Assembly (NCBI GenBank): GCA_963674825.1
Contig: OY771587.1
Coordinates: forward strand, 576,001 to 640,000
Direction of reading: 5' to 3'
Length of the DNA stretch: 64,000 nucleotides
Source: Candidatus Cloacimonadales bacterium
GTDB lineage: Bacteria; Cloacimonadota; Cloacimonadia; Cloacimonadales; JAIOQZ01
Below are positions 20,157 to 30,620 of this stretch, one piece after another. The notes under the pieces were generated by a model, which did not search any database, was not told the origin of the DNA, and saw only the letters and a program-made list of their open reading frames with translations. A program made the position numbers and the translations under genes. Numbering within the stretch: position 1 is the first letter of the stretch; each line of letters begins with the position of its first letter.

Positions 20157-20178
20157 ACATGTGAAATCAATCTATTAG

Positions 20179-21045
20179 CTATAGAATCGAATAGCTGAAG
20201 CCGAGTGCGAGGTTTTCGCGGTACTGCCCAGCCTTATCCTGCTCCTTGTCGTACACCCATTCAACCTCGAGGTTGATGGAGAGCGACTTCCAGATCTTGG
20301 CGTTGAGGGTGTTCAGCCATGTCACATCCGCGGCCTTCCAATCGTCGTTTTCGAGGTCGTCTTCCTCGGAATTGTACAGCGCCTGGAATACATCGAGACG
20401 GCTTTCATAGGTCAGTGTCTCGTTGAGCACCTTCATATATTCGCCGACAAATTCAAGACCCGCGTCCTGCGTAGTGTTGGTTTCTTCCTCGCCATCTTCG
20501 TTCAGCGCATCGCGGTCGATATGCTGGCGGAGCGCGCCACCGAGACGGGTCGAGAACATATGCTTCTCTTCTTCTATGAATACGCGCGCGAGGCCTGCTG
20601 ACTCGGTCAGTAGCATCGGGTTAAACGTGCGGGTATTGCCTTCCTGACTGTAGTCGATGAACTGCGATTCAAGCCGAAACGAAACGAACGGATCGACCCA
20701 ACCGTGCATCGTGAAGCGCAGCATCGATTCAAAGTCGATCAAGTCAGTACTCTTTTCAGGCTTTGCCCAATAACGATCGCCGTTGTCGTCCACTTCCTGC
20801 TGATGTGTCTGCCCGAAGGCCAGTTTCAGAGTATTACGGTTGTTGAGCAGATCGGTGAGTTGCTTCTGCGCGGAGCTGTTGAGCTTGGCAGTCCAGGACA
20901 CGCTGCTCTTCTCGGTTCCATTCCAGTTATCGGAATACGCGCCCTGACTCAAAAGCAGATTGAAATCCGATTTCACTTCCCAATCCTCAGCGCTGATCGC
21001 TGCTACGATCGCCAGAACAACGAAGAACAATATGGTTTTTCTCAT
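20179..21045 (-). CDS. Outer-membrane beta-barrel protein (DUF3078-like)
   Basis: Signal peptide; Q..YSDNW.G.E, KS.D.IDFES and C-terminal LALGFSY beta-signal. Confidence 0.75.
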   Translation of the reverse strand: MRKTILFFVVLAIVAAISAEDWEVKSDFNLLLSQGAYSDNWNGTEKSSVSWTAKLNSSAQKQLTDLLNNRNTLKLAFGQTHQQEVDDNGDRYWAKPEKSTDLIDFESMLRFTMHGWVDPFVSFRLESQFIDYSQEGNTRTFNPMLLTESAGLARVFIEEEKHMFSTRLGGALRQHIDRDALNEDGEEETNTTQDAGLEFVGEYMKVLNETLTYESRLDVFQALYNSEEDDLENDDWKAADVTWLNTLNAKIWKSLSINLEVEWVYDKEQDKAGQYRENLALGFSYSIL

Positions 21046-21176
21046 GCTTCCTCCTCTTTTGAATATAGAGGAGATATTATAGCAGGAAAAACGGGTACGT
21101 CAAGAACATTCATGGCTTGATAATTTTTCATGATTAGCTTGAATGGAATTTAATAAATACAGCATAGGCAAAAAAA

Positions 21177-21252
21177 TGGTGGAGCATAGCGGGATCGAAC
21201 CGCTGACCTCCACACTGCCAGTGTGGCGCTCTCCCAGCTGAGCTAATGCCCC
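21177..21252 (-). tRNA. tRNA-Ala (GGC)
   Basis: GGGGCATTAGCTCAGCTGGGAGAGCGCCACACT-GGC-AGTGTGGAGGTCAGCGGTTCGATCCCGCTATGCTCCACCA; 76 nt, G3:U70 pair, encoded CCA. Confidence 0.98.
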
Positions 21253-21428
21253 ATATCGGAAACAACCTTCTGAAACGAGCGATTCCGGTCAAGAAATTTC
21301 TGCGAATTTGGGCAACTACATAGAATATCCTTTTCTCAATCCGTCACACACGGAATGGAAATTCGTTGTAAAAATGACTTGTGCCGTTCACGCACGATAA
21401 TATTCTGTCGCGAAATAAGAGGTACATT

Positions 21429-22679
21429 ATGCTGAAGATATACATACTGATTCTTTTAATCATTATATGCACAGTTCTAAGCGCTGAGATTCTCATTCCT
21501 ATGGATGAAGTTCAGACCGATCACCTCAAGGCATATGGCGTGGCATTTGAAGGCCTCAAAGAGGGCCTCGTGGTCAAGTGGCTGCTCAACTACCGCGCCG
21601 GATCGTGGGTCATCCCGGAATCATCCACTATCGAGAGCATTTGCCGTGTGCGTGGGGTGTTCTATGAGAAGATCGGATCCGCACAATACGCCGCTATCCT
21701 CCAGGAAATCGAAGGCGCAAACATGGATGCCATTGTACTGGAGAAAGAGCCGAAGATCGCCGTCTATGCTCCACCAAACTCCCAACCATGGGACGATGCC
21801 GTTCGGCTCGCGCTCGATTATGCCCAGATCGATCACGATATCATCTGGGACGAGGACGTTCTGCAGGGTAAGCTGGAAGATTACGACTGGGTGCATCTGC
21901 ATCACGAGGATTTCACGGGTCAGTACGGTAAATTCTACCGCAGCTTTCGCACAACCGCCTGGTATCAGGAAGAGGTGCGCATGAACGAAGAAATGGCGCA
22001 GAATCTGGGATATCCGTCGGTATGGAAGCTCAAACACGCTGTAGCGGAAACAATACGCGAATACGTGCAAAACGGTGGATTCCTTTTTGCCATGTGTGCC
22101 GCTACTGACACATTCGATATCGCCCTCGCTGCGAAAAATGTGGATATCGTGGATGTCGTGTACGACGGCACGCCACCGGAACCGGGATACCAGAGCAAGC
22201 TTGATTTCTCGCGCTCTCTGGCATTCGAAAACTATACGCTCATCACCGATCCCAATGTCTATGAATTTTCGTCTATCGATGCCAGCGACTACGCGCAACT
22301 CCGCGGAGCAGAGCAAGATTACTTTCTGCTCTTCGACTTCTCGGCGAAATATGACCCTGTCCCCACAATGCTTACCCAATGCCATACGAACTACGTCAAC
22401 GGCTTCCTCGGCCAGACAACGACCTTCCACAAGGAAAACGTGAAGAAGAGCGTGATAATCATGGGAGAAGTTCCCGGCGCGGATGAAGTGAAGTACCTGC
22501 ATGGAAATTACGGTAAGGGAACCTTTACTTTCTACGGTGGTCACGATCCGGAGGATTATCAGCATCGTGTTGGCGATCCACCATCAGTTCTTTCCCTTCA
22601 CAAGAACTCGCCCGGTTACCGTCTGATCCTTAACAACGTACTCTTCCCCGCCGCAGAGAAAAAGAAGCTGAAGACATAA
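21429..22679 (+). CDS. Conserved secreted protein of a Bacteroidota/FCB family (glutamine-amidotransferase-like fold; function unknown)
   Basis: Signal peptide; ILIPMD..Q..HLKAYG, WLLNYR.GS, PWDDAV, HLHHEDFTGQYGKF, FAMC.ATD, GGHDPEDY, NNVLFPAA. Confidence 0.8.
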   Translation: MLKIYILILLIIICTVLSAEILIPMDEVQTDHLKAYGVAFEGLKEGLVVKWLLNYRAGSWVIPESSTIESICRVRGVFYEKIGSAQYAAILQEIEGANMDAIVLEKEPKIAVYAPPNSQPWDDAVRLALDYAQIDHDIIWDEDVLQGKLEDYDWVHLHHEDFTGQYGKFYRSFRTTAWYQEEVRMNEEMAQNLGYPSVWKLKHAVAETIREYVQNGGFLFAMCAATDTFDIALAAKNVDIVDVVYDGTPPEPGYQSKLDFSRSLAFENYTLITDPNVYEFSSIDASDYAQLRGAEQDYFLLFDFSAKYDPVPTMLTQCHTNYVNGFLGQTTTFHKENVKKSVIIMGEVPGADEVKYLHGNYGKGTFTFYGGHDPEDYQHRVGDPPSVLSLHKNSPGYRLILNNVLFPAAEKKKLKT

Positions 22680-22874
22680 GCATTATGGAGCGCTAAGACT
22701 TTACTCGGCATTCCCTCTCTTTTTCAATCATTCACTATTCATGAAATCAATGTTCGAAAGATGATTTCATGGGATCATATACCAAGGAAGGGCAGTCATG
22801 GGAATCTGCTCCTACAGCTCTTCATGAGATGCGAGTGTCCTCACCCGCATCTCGCCTGCCCCAGTATCCTGAGC

Positions 22875-22905
22875 AAAAAAAAACGCCTCCCCATTCGAGG
22901 AGGCG
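22875..22905 (-). terminator. Intrinsic terminator of the TonB-dependent receptor gene
   Basis: A9-CGCCTCC-loop-GGAGGCG. Confidence 0.85.
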
Positions 22906-22925
22906 CCGTTGTAAGCAATGACCTT

Positions 22926-25685
22926 TTAGAACTTATATTCCAGAGTCAGGAAGGTGTTGAACAGCGGAGCGGGCTCCACATACATATAGCGTTTGCTATT
23001 AAGGATGTCGTCGCGACCGTAGTCTGAACCGTAGTAGGCAGACTCGCAGTTGTCTTCGCGATTGTTGAGGTTGTTCAGGTCGAGACGCACATTCGCGCTA
23101 TTACCCCAGAGCTTGAATGAATACTTGATGTTCGCGCTGATCGTGAGGTAGAAGGGCAGCTTCGCTTCCTGATCGTCGTTGTTGATATCCTTGTAGGTGT
23201 TGTCGTAGCTGGCATAGTATTCGTCCCACCACTTGAGTGTGGAACCGATACGCAATTTCTGATCTTCAGCAAGGCGGAATGTGTAGCCGAGATAAGCGTT
23301 TGCCATCTTTTCGGGTGAGTATGGCACTACTTTCCCTTCGATATCTTCAGCCGCATAGTTGAATACTTTGAGGTAGTTCATCTTGTTCCAGCGATATCTC
23401 GCGAGGGTAAGAGAACCTCCCATATCGAATCCATAATAAACGGCACTCGTGGAGATTTCCCATCCGGAGTGTGTCGCGCTACCGGCGTTGATCGTTCTGT
23501 TGATCGTTTCATGGGTTTCTTCGTCTTCCCACTCGGCAGAACCAATCTTGTCGGTATAGAGCGTCTTGTAGTAGTTGACATTCAGGTCGTAATCGAATGC
23601 GCCATCCGAAAGAGTCAGGCCCATACCGACTTCCCAGGTCTCGGCTTTTTCTGGATCGAGATCGTATTCTGCGGGACCGGATGAGCGATTGTACCAGTCG
23701 GACACCTTCGGTTCTTTGTAGGCAATCGCCCAGCTCGACATGAGGTTCACCTCTTCGGTCACGTTCACGTTGATACCCGCTTTGGGCGAGAAGAAGCTGA
23801 ATGTACGATTGTAATCGTCATCAGAGAACATCTTCTCTCCAGTTTCTTCATCGATTTCATTCTTGGTCGCATAGTATTTGATGCCCGAGAACTTGCCTTC
23901 ACCGAAGTTGTAGATCTCGATCGGATTTTCGCTTACTTCCGAGTAGTAGCTCGCATACTGGCCTTCGAAAAGAATGTTCACAAAATCAAGCGGTTTAAGC
24001 TCGGTTCTACCAAACACGGATGAATTGACCACACGTGAATCGTAGTCGTAGCGACGTTCGACATCGCTATATACTTTCACGGTATCGATAGGATCATACG
24101 AGCGCCATTCTTCAGTTTCCGCGTAGTGACTTGCATCCCATACACGAAACTCACCACCGACAACAAAACCGAAGAAATCGGTCACATCGTTCGCGTAGTA
24201 AAGGTTCGTACCATACTGCACGTGCTCGTTGTGCGAGTCGTTGATCCGGCTGTGATCGTAAAGACTCACAGCGTTCGATGCACGATCTTTCTTCTCGGTT
24301 CTTTCTTCGCCGTTATACATATAGGTAATGTTTTCGTCGTCTTCGCTGAGAACTTCGAATCCGTCCATCTCCTGGCCGGTTTTCAGATAAGCCCACATAG
24401 CGTGGCGGCGATACACACGATTGTCTGTGTTTTCATTGACATCGATATAGGTGACTCTACCTGTCTCAGGATCGAAAAGGTCCTGTGCCTCATATCGTCC
24501 ACCACCTTCACCCTTCGTCACGAAAACGTTGGTACGAATCTGCTGGAAATCGTCCGGAGTCCAGTCCCAACGAAGAGAGAGCTGTGGCTTGTAGTAATAG
24601 TTCTCTTGCGAGAAGTGGTTGTTACGGTTGTAATTACGGCCAAGCTTATCCCAGAGAGCACGATCGGACATCGAACGTGACTGGTTGTGCTTCTGCGGAG
24701 CGCCGATAAAGCTGAGGTTGATCGAATGCTTGTCGTACACGGTCAGTGCTTCCGCACCGAACGACCAGCCGTCGTAATACGTTCCGTTGGTGTAGGAGTC
24801 ACCGGCCTTGCGCTCAACCATCAGATTATAATTGAAGTGGTTGTTCAGAATCGCGCCGGAATTGAAGCGAGTGAGGACGTTGTAATTGACGGGGTGATAA
24901 TCTTCCATTCCACCCTTACCGTCTGCCGAAGAGCCAGATTCGTACGCACCAACCGATGAACGAACGGAGACCTCTTGCTTGGGGCTCATGCCCATGGTCT
25001 CGATGTTGATCGATCCACCGAATGCGCCGGATCCGTACATGGAAGAGCCAGCGCCACGCTGTACCTGAACCGACTTCACGCTGGACGAAAGGCCTGTCCA
25101 GTTCGACCAGTAAACCTGCTGACTTTCCGGGTCGTTGACTGGAATACCGTTAATCAGGATCTGGATCTTTTCCGAATCGAAACCGCGAATGCTAACATCC
25201 GATTCGCCCAGGCCCGTGCTGGAAGAAAAGAGGCCGGGAACGTCTTCGAGAAGGAGCGGGATATCTTCCGTGGTATATTTGTCGGAGATTTCTTCTTCGC
25301 TCAGCGTCGTAAACGCCACAGGTGTTTCGCGTTCCACCGCGCGCGTCGCGTTGACGCGGATACCTTCAAGCGAGTAGGCTTCGACTTCGAGCGTCACCTT
25401 AACCGTTTCTGTGTAGCCTTCGGTTACCGTGAAAGGAATGCGAGTAGACTTGTAGCCGATCTGGTTTACGATCAACGTATAATTACCCACCGGCAGATCC
25501 TTGAAAATGAAGCTTCCGGATTCTTTGGTGTACATACCTTGCTCGGTTTCTTCGATGATGACACTCACGTTGGACAGGTATTCTCCCGTCTTCGCGCTGA
25601 TCACGCGACCAGCCACATTACCGGTCTGCGCGAACATCGCAGAGATCATGCACAAAGCAAAAATAATGAGATAGATTTTCCTCAT
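22926..25685 (-). CDS. TonB-dependent receptor with N-terminal carboxypeptidase-regulatory-like domain
   Basis: Signal peptide; plug motifs SIRGF, LINGIPVND, VQVQRGAGSSMYGSGAFGGSINI; C-terminal LEYKF. Confidence 0.93.
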   Translation of the reverse strand: MRKIYLIIFALCMISAMFAQTGNVAGRVISAKTGEYLSNVSVIIEETEQGMYTKESGSFIFKDLPVGNYTLIVNQIGYKSTRIPFTVTEGYTETVKVTLEVEAYSLEGIRVNATRAVERETPVAFTTLSEEEISDKYTTEDIPLLLEDVPGLFSSSTGLGESDVSIRGFDSEKIQILINGIPVNDPESQQVYWSNWTGLSSSVKSVQVQRGAGSSMYGSGAFGGSINIETMGMSPKQEVSVRSSVGAYESGSSADGKGGMEDYHPVNYNVLTRFNSGAILNNHFNYNLMVERKAGDSYTNGTYYDGWSFGAEALTVYDKHSINLSFIGAPQKHNQSRSMSDRALWDKLGRNYNRNNHFSQENYYYKPQLSLRWDWTPDDFQQIRTNVFVTKGEGGGRYEAQDLFDPETGRVTYIDVNENTDNRVYRRHAMWAYLKTGQEMDGFEVLSEDDENITYMYNGEERTEKKDRASNAVSLYDHSRINDSHNEHVQYGTNLYYANDVTDFFGFVVGGEFRVWDASHYAETEEWRSYDPIDTVKVYSDVERRYDYDSRVVNSSVFGRTELKPLDFVNILFEGQYASYYSEVSENPIEIYNFGEGKFSGIKYYATKNEIDEETGEKMFSDDDYNRTFSFFSPKAGINVNVTEEVNLMSSWAIAYKEPKVSDWYNRSSGPAEYDLDPEKAETWEVGMGLTLSDGAFDYDLNVNYYKTLYTDKIGSAEWEDEETHETINRTINAGSATHSGWEISTSAVYYGFDMGGSLTLARYRWNKMNYLKVFNYAAEDIEGKVVPYSPEKMANAYLGYTFRLAEDQKLRIGSTLKWWDEYYASYDNTYKDINNDDQEAKLPFYLTISANIKYSFKLWGNSANVRLDLNNLNNREDNCESAYYGSDYGRDDILNSKRYMYVEPAPLFNTFLTLEYKF

Positions 25686-25735
25686 GTGATCCTCCCAATT
25701 GTTTATTTACTGTATATTACTCATCTGTAAATAGC

Positions 25736-25750
25736 TGATAAAGTTTATCA
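25736..25750. promoter_or_regulatory. Perfect 7-1-7 inverted repeat, Fur-family-like box
   Basis: TGATAAA-G-TTTATCA ~50 nt upstream of the receptor start codon. Confidence 0.5.
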
Positions 25751-26854
25751 TCAGATTTCCTGCTGCCTGCTTTGTTTCAACCTGGTGACACGATTGAATG
25801 ATTCCTCCAATTCTGTCATGGAAATTTTCTCACTTTCGACCAATTCCCGTATAACCCGATGAAATTCCTCAACATAATCCGCTGCCGAGTGATCGATATT
25901 GCCGAACAAAACCATATCGTTGTCTGCGTTGATGGTGTGTGTAACAATCTCACTCACATCGTATTGCGCACATAGAGCATTCATCAGAAGATCGTCCGTG
26001 ATAATCACCCCGTCATATCCCCACTTCTCGCGTATAATTTCGCGTACATGCTTTTCCGACATGCTCGCGGGAAATCTGTCGTCGATTCCGGAGTGGAAGA
26101 TATGCGATGTCATGATCATATCCGCATATCCGTTATCAATCAACCGCTTAAAGATATCTCGTTCGGCAGTACTCCAGCACAGCGTAACATCCGTCCAGTC
26201 CAGGTGGGTGTCTTTATCTGCGCTACCATGACCGGGATAGTGCTTGATACAGGTCAGAAGCCCCTGCTCGCGATGCGCATCGATAAAGGATCGTGCATAG
26301 TCATAGACGACATCGGGATCAGCAGAAAAACTGCGGCCATAGTGGCCTATGATTGGGTTATTGGGATTGATATCAAGATCGACAACCGGGCCGAGATTGT
26401 TCGTGAAGCCGTAGTCACGAAGCTGTGTCGCCATCTTGCGATAGGCTTCGAAAGCTTGCTGCGGTGATTTTGTCTCTGCCATTTCCTGGGGGGAAATACA
26501 ATGCATGTCCGGAACGCGTTCGATTTTGCCGCCCTCCTGATCCACCATGATCCAGAGCGGAAATTCTGTTTCGATCTCCTGTAGCTGGCGCATCAGCTCC
26601 GGGAAGCCTTCACCGGTATTATAGCGGAAAAGTATGATCGTGCCGACCATACCGCCCTCGATCTGCTCACGAAGACCGGGATTCTCATCCAGGCTGGTTC
26701 CCATCATGCCAATGCATAGCATCTGTCCGAAATAGCGTTGCAGTTGCATTGTTTCAAGCACCTCGGGCCGGGTATTGGGGGATTCCCGTGTAATCACGAT
26801 CGCAACGGGAATCAGCAAGATCAAGAAAAGAATGACAAGGCTGCTTTTCTGCAT
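25751..26854 (-). CDS. nagZ: GH3 beta-N-acetylhexosaminidase
   Basis: VDQEGG, GPVVD, RSFSADP, KHYPGHG..D.H, IITDDL. Confidence 0.88.
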   Translation of the reverse strand: MQKSSLVILFLILLIPVAIVITRESPNTRPEVLETMQLQRYFGQMLCIGMMGTSLDENPGLREQIEGGMVGTIILFRYNTGEGFPELMRQLQEIETEFPLWIMVDQEGGKIERVPDMHCISPQEMAETKSPQQAFEAYRKMATQLRDYGFTNNLGPVVDLDINPNNPIIGHYGRSFSADPDVVYDYARSFIDAHREQGLLTCIKHYPGHGSADKDTHLDWTDVTLCWSTAERDIFKRLIDNGYADMIMTSHIFHSGIDDRFPASMSEKHVREIIREKWGYDGVIITDDLLMNALCAQYDVSEIVTHTINADNDMVLFGNIDHSAADYVEEFHRVIRELVESEKISMTELEESFNRVTRLKQSRQQEI

Positions 26855-26893
26855 ATCTCCTGAAATCCTCTCGATGGTTCCGACTGGAAATCA

Positions 26894-28174
26894 TCAGAGC
26901 AAATTGATCTCTGTCGCTCGTTTCGTCCTCATGACGGTCTGAATTATATCACTCAGATCTATATGCTCTTCGTAATCTTTCAGGAGATTTATAATCTGGC
27001 ATCTACCGCGCCGGATATCCTTTTCGCTCAAGATTATTGCCAGCGAACATCCATGCTGCCTGGCCCTCTGCCGTGCGCAAACCATGTTATCGCACTTTGA
27101 TTCCAAAATCGTGTGAAAATCGTTTTCGTGAAGCTCCTGCTCGATCTGAAGAAGGTTGAGGTCGAGCCCTTTGTCAAGTGCGCTGACCAGCGTACAGAAG
27201 TCGTTGCGTTCGTTCTGGAAACGCTCCAGACGATCCATAATATTGATCAGCTTAAGTTGGTTCAGCGCGAAGCCCACTGCAGGAAGCTCTTCTCCGCGAA
27301 TCTTTTGGGCAAGAGTATCGTAGCGCCCACCCCCACCAATTGTGATCTCTTCGTCATCAATATTTATAACAAGATTGAACACCGTGCGGTTGTAGTATCC
27401 AAATGGTCTCAATACGCGCTGATCGATCACATAGTCGAGCATCAGGTTTTGCAAGATGCGCTGCACCTTCTCGAAATGGTCACGACAATCATCGCAAAGG
27501 TAATCCTGCATCTTGGGTGCATTTTGAACGACCTGGCTGCATTCCTGGCGATTGCACTGGGTGAATTTGAAGGGATTGAAAAGGACAACACCGTTGCAGT
27601 GGACGCAATCTTCCGCATCCTGCTCTTTCAGAAAATCGTTTAGCGCTCTGATGTAGTTCGGGCGGCATTGATCACAGCCATAGCTTGTCAGGTGAATCTC
27701 CGGTTCGGGTAGCCCAAGTTTGCGGCAGAGGTTGTAGGCGATTTTCATCGCTTCGATATCGGCGATCATAGAGTCGTTCCCGATAATCTCGAAACCGATC
27801 TCGTACACTTGATCAAAAAGTGGTACTGGCATTTCACGTCGGAAGACCGGCCCATGATAGAATACACGCTGAACTTCTTCCTTCGCCATCTCACCGATCT
27901 GTCCAGCTAAAATCGACACGGTGTTTTCGGGACGAAGCGCGAGTTGATCCGGATCGTCTATCATATAGAATAACTCGGCAAGATTCAGCCCGTCATTTTC
28001 CCCAAACGTGTTGTTGAGAATGCTTTCCACTGTCGCCTGTTTCTGCAGGATTGACATACGAACTTCTTTGAAGTTGTACAGTTCAGCGATCTGGCGGACT
28101 CGCCTTTCGATCTCCTGCCATTTCCAGACTTCGTCGGGATAAATATTATGAATGATCGGGTTCTTGATTTTCAT
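26894..28174 (-). CDS. Histidyl-tRNA synthetase-like protein with degenerate catalytic motifs (HisS/HisZ family)
   Basis: LALRPE.T, GPVFRRE, YYNRTVF, GGGGRYD, PAVGFA and a C-terminal anticodon-binding-like domain; several key residues altered. Confidence 0.8.
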   Translation of the reverse strand: MKIKNPIIHNIYPDEVWKWQEIERRVRQIAELYNFKEVRMSILQKQATVESILNNTFGENDGLNLAELFYMIDDPDQLALRPENTVSILAGQIGEMAKEEVQRVFYHGPVFRREMPVPLFDQVYEIGFEIIGNDSMIADIEAMKIAYNLCRKLGLPEPEIHLTSYGCDQCRPNYIRALNDFLKEQDAEDCVHCNGVVLFNPFKFTQCNRQECSQVVQNAPKMQDYLCDDCRDHFEKVQRILQNLMLDYVIDQRVLRPFGYYNRTVFNLVINIDDEEITIGGGGRYDTLAQKIRGEELPAVGFALNQLKLINIMDRLERFQNERNDFCTLVSALDKGLDLNLLQIEQELHENDFHTILESKCDNMVCARQRARQHGCSLAIILSEKDIRRGRCQIINLLKDYEEHIDLSDIIQTVMRTKRATEINLL

Positions 28175-28208
28175 CTCGTCCTCGATGTTATTCGTTACAA
28201 AACGCCAT

Positions 28209-28925
28209 TTATTCCTGGTGACCGGTCAGCGTCCACGTCACAGCAAACGGTGAAGACGCGAACTTTGCCCTGATCGGCAGCTTTTTATCGTCACAGGTGA
28301 ACCAGATATACATCGGCACCTCTTCGTTGACCAGATTATTTGTAAGCATATCGCTTCTTTCTTTCTTGCGCTCGGATGTCCGCTGAAAATCGATTCGCAC
28401 TTTCACAGTCTGAACCTTACCCAGTTTCGTGCGGATAACTTCTTTCTCTTCTATTGTTATCCTGGCATTCCATATAAGCGTATTTGCATCCAATGTCACG
28501 ACGCCAACACTATCAAGATCCGCGTGCCGGAGAAAGTATAGCGCAGAAAAAAAATCGCGGCTATCCATCAGAATAGGATACGACGCGTTGCGCGTGCTAT
28601 CGATCCGGCTGATACGATTCGCGACACAAGCCTCTCGATCGTAACTCACCGTACGGTCTTCGCTATATTCATGCTGCCGGATATCCTTGATATATCGATC
28701 TGGCAGATAATCACCCCGGTAATCCGATATATACCGATTATCCATTTCAGAGAAAATCCCAGCGAACGAGGTCGATTTCGCCGTCACCGTCAACCTGGTG
28801 GAATCATCAACCATGACTACATCAACAACGCCGAGACCAAGGTAGTTGATGGTGAATTCCAGCACTTCGGCGTGCAGAAATCCCACTAGAAGAATAAGTA
28901 GCCCTAATGCGAGCCTATTCTTCAT
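28209..28925 (-). CDS. Secreted DUF3108-like protein
   Basis: Signal peptide; D.FSALY.LR, IWFT.D..KLP pattern. Confidence 0.7.
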   Translation of the reverse strand: MKNRLALGLLILLVGFLHAEVLEFTINYLGLGVVDVVMVDDSTRLTVTAKSTSFAGIFSEMDNRYISDYRGDYLPDRYIKDIRQHEYSEDRTVSYDREACVANRISRIDSTRNASYPILMDSRDFFSALYFLRHADLDSVGVVTLDANTLIWNARITIEEKEVIRTKLGKVQTVKVRIDFQRTSERKKERSDMLTNNLVNEEVPMYIWFTCDDKKLPIRAKFASSPFAVTWTLTGHQE

Positions 28926-30192
28926 CCTTCCTTCCGATCAGCTTCAGGCGAACGTAGTTGATCCTGTTTTTCTTGATATTGGCAACCGTGAAAATGGCTC
29001 TACCACCATGCTGAAGCTTCTCGTTTTTCTTCGGCACATGGTTGAACTCACCGTAAAGGAACTCCGCGAGGTTGTCGTACTGGTCAACGTCAAGATCGAG
29101 GTCGAACTCGGCATTGAGCTCCGAGATTGAGTACATACCGCTAAGTATGTATTCCTCACTCGAAACTTTGATCTTGCGCGGTAATTCATTGTCATGCTCA
29201 TCCATGATCTCGCCGAAAACCTCTTCCAGGATATCCTCGAGCGTGATAAGCCCCGCTGTTCCGCCGTATTCATCCACCACGATGGCGATATGGATCTTGG
29301 ATGCCTTGAAGAAGTTGAGCAAGTTCTGGATACTCATATTCTCCGTGGCAAACACCGGCTTACGCATCAGGCGTTGTACGTTTGACGCGGCATCGTTCAT
29401 AATCAAGTCTTTCGCGTAGATGAACCCGACGATATTATCGATAATCCCCTGGTAAACCGGAATACGCGAGTGTCCCGATTCGCTGATCACCTTCTTGACC
29501 TCGCTGATATCGGAATTGATCTCGATTCCCACGATATCCACGCGTGGAATCATGATCTCGCTGGCGTGGGTGGAGGGAAGCCGGATGATGTTGGCAATCA
29601 TCTTTTTCTCGCTCTCGTCCAGCGAATGGTAGGTCGTCTTGGAAGAGATCAGATTGCGAATATCCTCCGATGTGATCCGTGAAGACTGATGATCGATCGG
29701 AACTTCCTTACGCGCGAAAATGATGCTTATCCATTCCAGTAGCTTGATGATGGGATAGAGTACGATCATCATTATGTTCAGGATAATGCCCGAAAATTCT
29801 GCCATCGACTCAGCTTTCGTGAACGCAAGCAACTTAGGAGTCACCTCGCCCACCAGCAGCAGGATGACGGTCATCACGATCACTTCAAGCAGTAGAAGCA
29901 GTTCCGTGTACTGACCGCCTGCGATGTTTTCGCTATATCTCAGCGTGACCATGGCTGCCAAGGACACGGCCACGATATTAACGATCGTATTACCGAAAAG
30001 GATTGTTATAAGCAGCTTACGCGGCGTTTTGAGTAACTTGGCCACGCGCTTGCTGCCACTACTGTTCTTTTTCTCGATTTTCTTGAGTTGTATCTTGGAG
30101 AGCGAGAAAAACGCTGTCTCCGAGCCTGAGAAAAAGGCTGATAATATCAGACAGACGATGATCCCGCTAATGTGTAAAAAACTGTCTTCCAC
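28915..30192 (-). CDS. CNNM/CorC (hemolysin-family) CBS-domain Mg2+ transporter-like protein
   Basis: [52 protein letters not shown] start. Confidence 0.93.
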   Translation of the reverse strand: MEDSFLHISGIIVCLILSAFFSGSETAFFSLSKIQLKKIEKKNSSGSKRVAKLLKTPRKLLITILFGNTIVNIVAVSLAAMVTLRYSENIAGGQYTELLLLLEVIVMTVILLLVGEVTPKLLAFTKAESMAEFSGIILNIMMIVLYPIIKLLEWISIIFARKEVPIDHQSSRITSEDIRNLISSKTTYHSLDESEKKMIANIIRLPSTHASEIMIPRVDIVGIEINSDISEVKKVISESGHSRIPVYQGIIDNIVGFIYAKDLIMNDAASNVQRLMRKPVFATENMSIQNLLNFFKASKIHIAIVVDEYGGTAGLITLEDILEEVFGEIMDEHDNELPRKIKVSSEEYILSGMYSISELNAEFDLDLDVDQYDNLAEFLYGEFNHVPKKNEKLQHGGRAIFTVANIKKNRINYVRLKLIGRKDEE

Positions 30193-30205
30193 CTTTGTTT
30201 CTGTT

Positions 30206-30616
30206 TCACTCCTCGATCTTTTTCCAAATTATTTCGTGTTTTCGATCCATTCGTTCTCGCGAATGTGCTGTGCCGTGATCGTATCCAGCAAGATGCAGCA
30301 ACCCATGTAGAAATAAATATTCCAGTTCCTGCTGAAGAGGTCGCGACTGACGATGTTCATCGGCCCACTGTATTTCGATTACGATATCACCGAGAACCGG
30401 TAGTCCGGGCTGATCGAAGCCAAACGACAGCACGTCGGTGCTGCGCGGTACTCCACGGTATCTGCGGTTCAATTCGCACATATTTTCATGGGTCTCGAAT
30501 AAAAGATTCACATCTTTATTTCTGTCAATGTTTTCCTCTTCGCAGAAAAGATTGAAGACTCGTTCAAAGCGAATATCTTCAACCTCGTACCCTGTACGAT
30601 TCTCGATTGTCAGCAT
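30206..30616 (-). CDS. ybeY: Endoribonuclease YbeY
   Basis: LN..YRG...TDVLSF, LGDIVI, HGLLHLAGYDH. Confidence 0.95.
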   Translation of the reverse strand: MLTIENRTGYEVEDIRFERVFNLFCEEENIDRNKDVNLLFETHENMCELNRRYRGVPRSTDVLSFGFDQPGLPVLGDIVIEIQWADEHRQSRPLQQELEYLFLHGLLHLAGYDHGTAHSRERMDRKHEIIWKKIEE

Positions 30617-30620
30617 CGCA

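Noticed and set aside
21177..21252. tRNA-Ala as an integration site of a genomic island
   Set aside because: No integrase and no duplicated tRNA 3' end were seen in the window.
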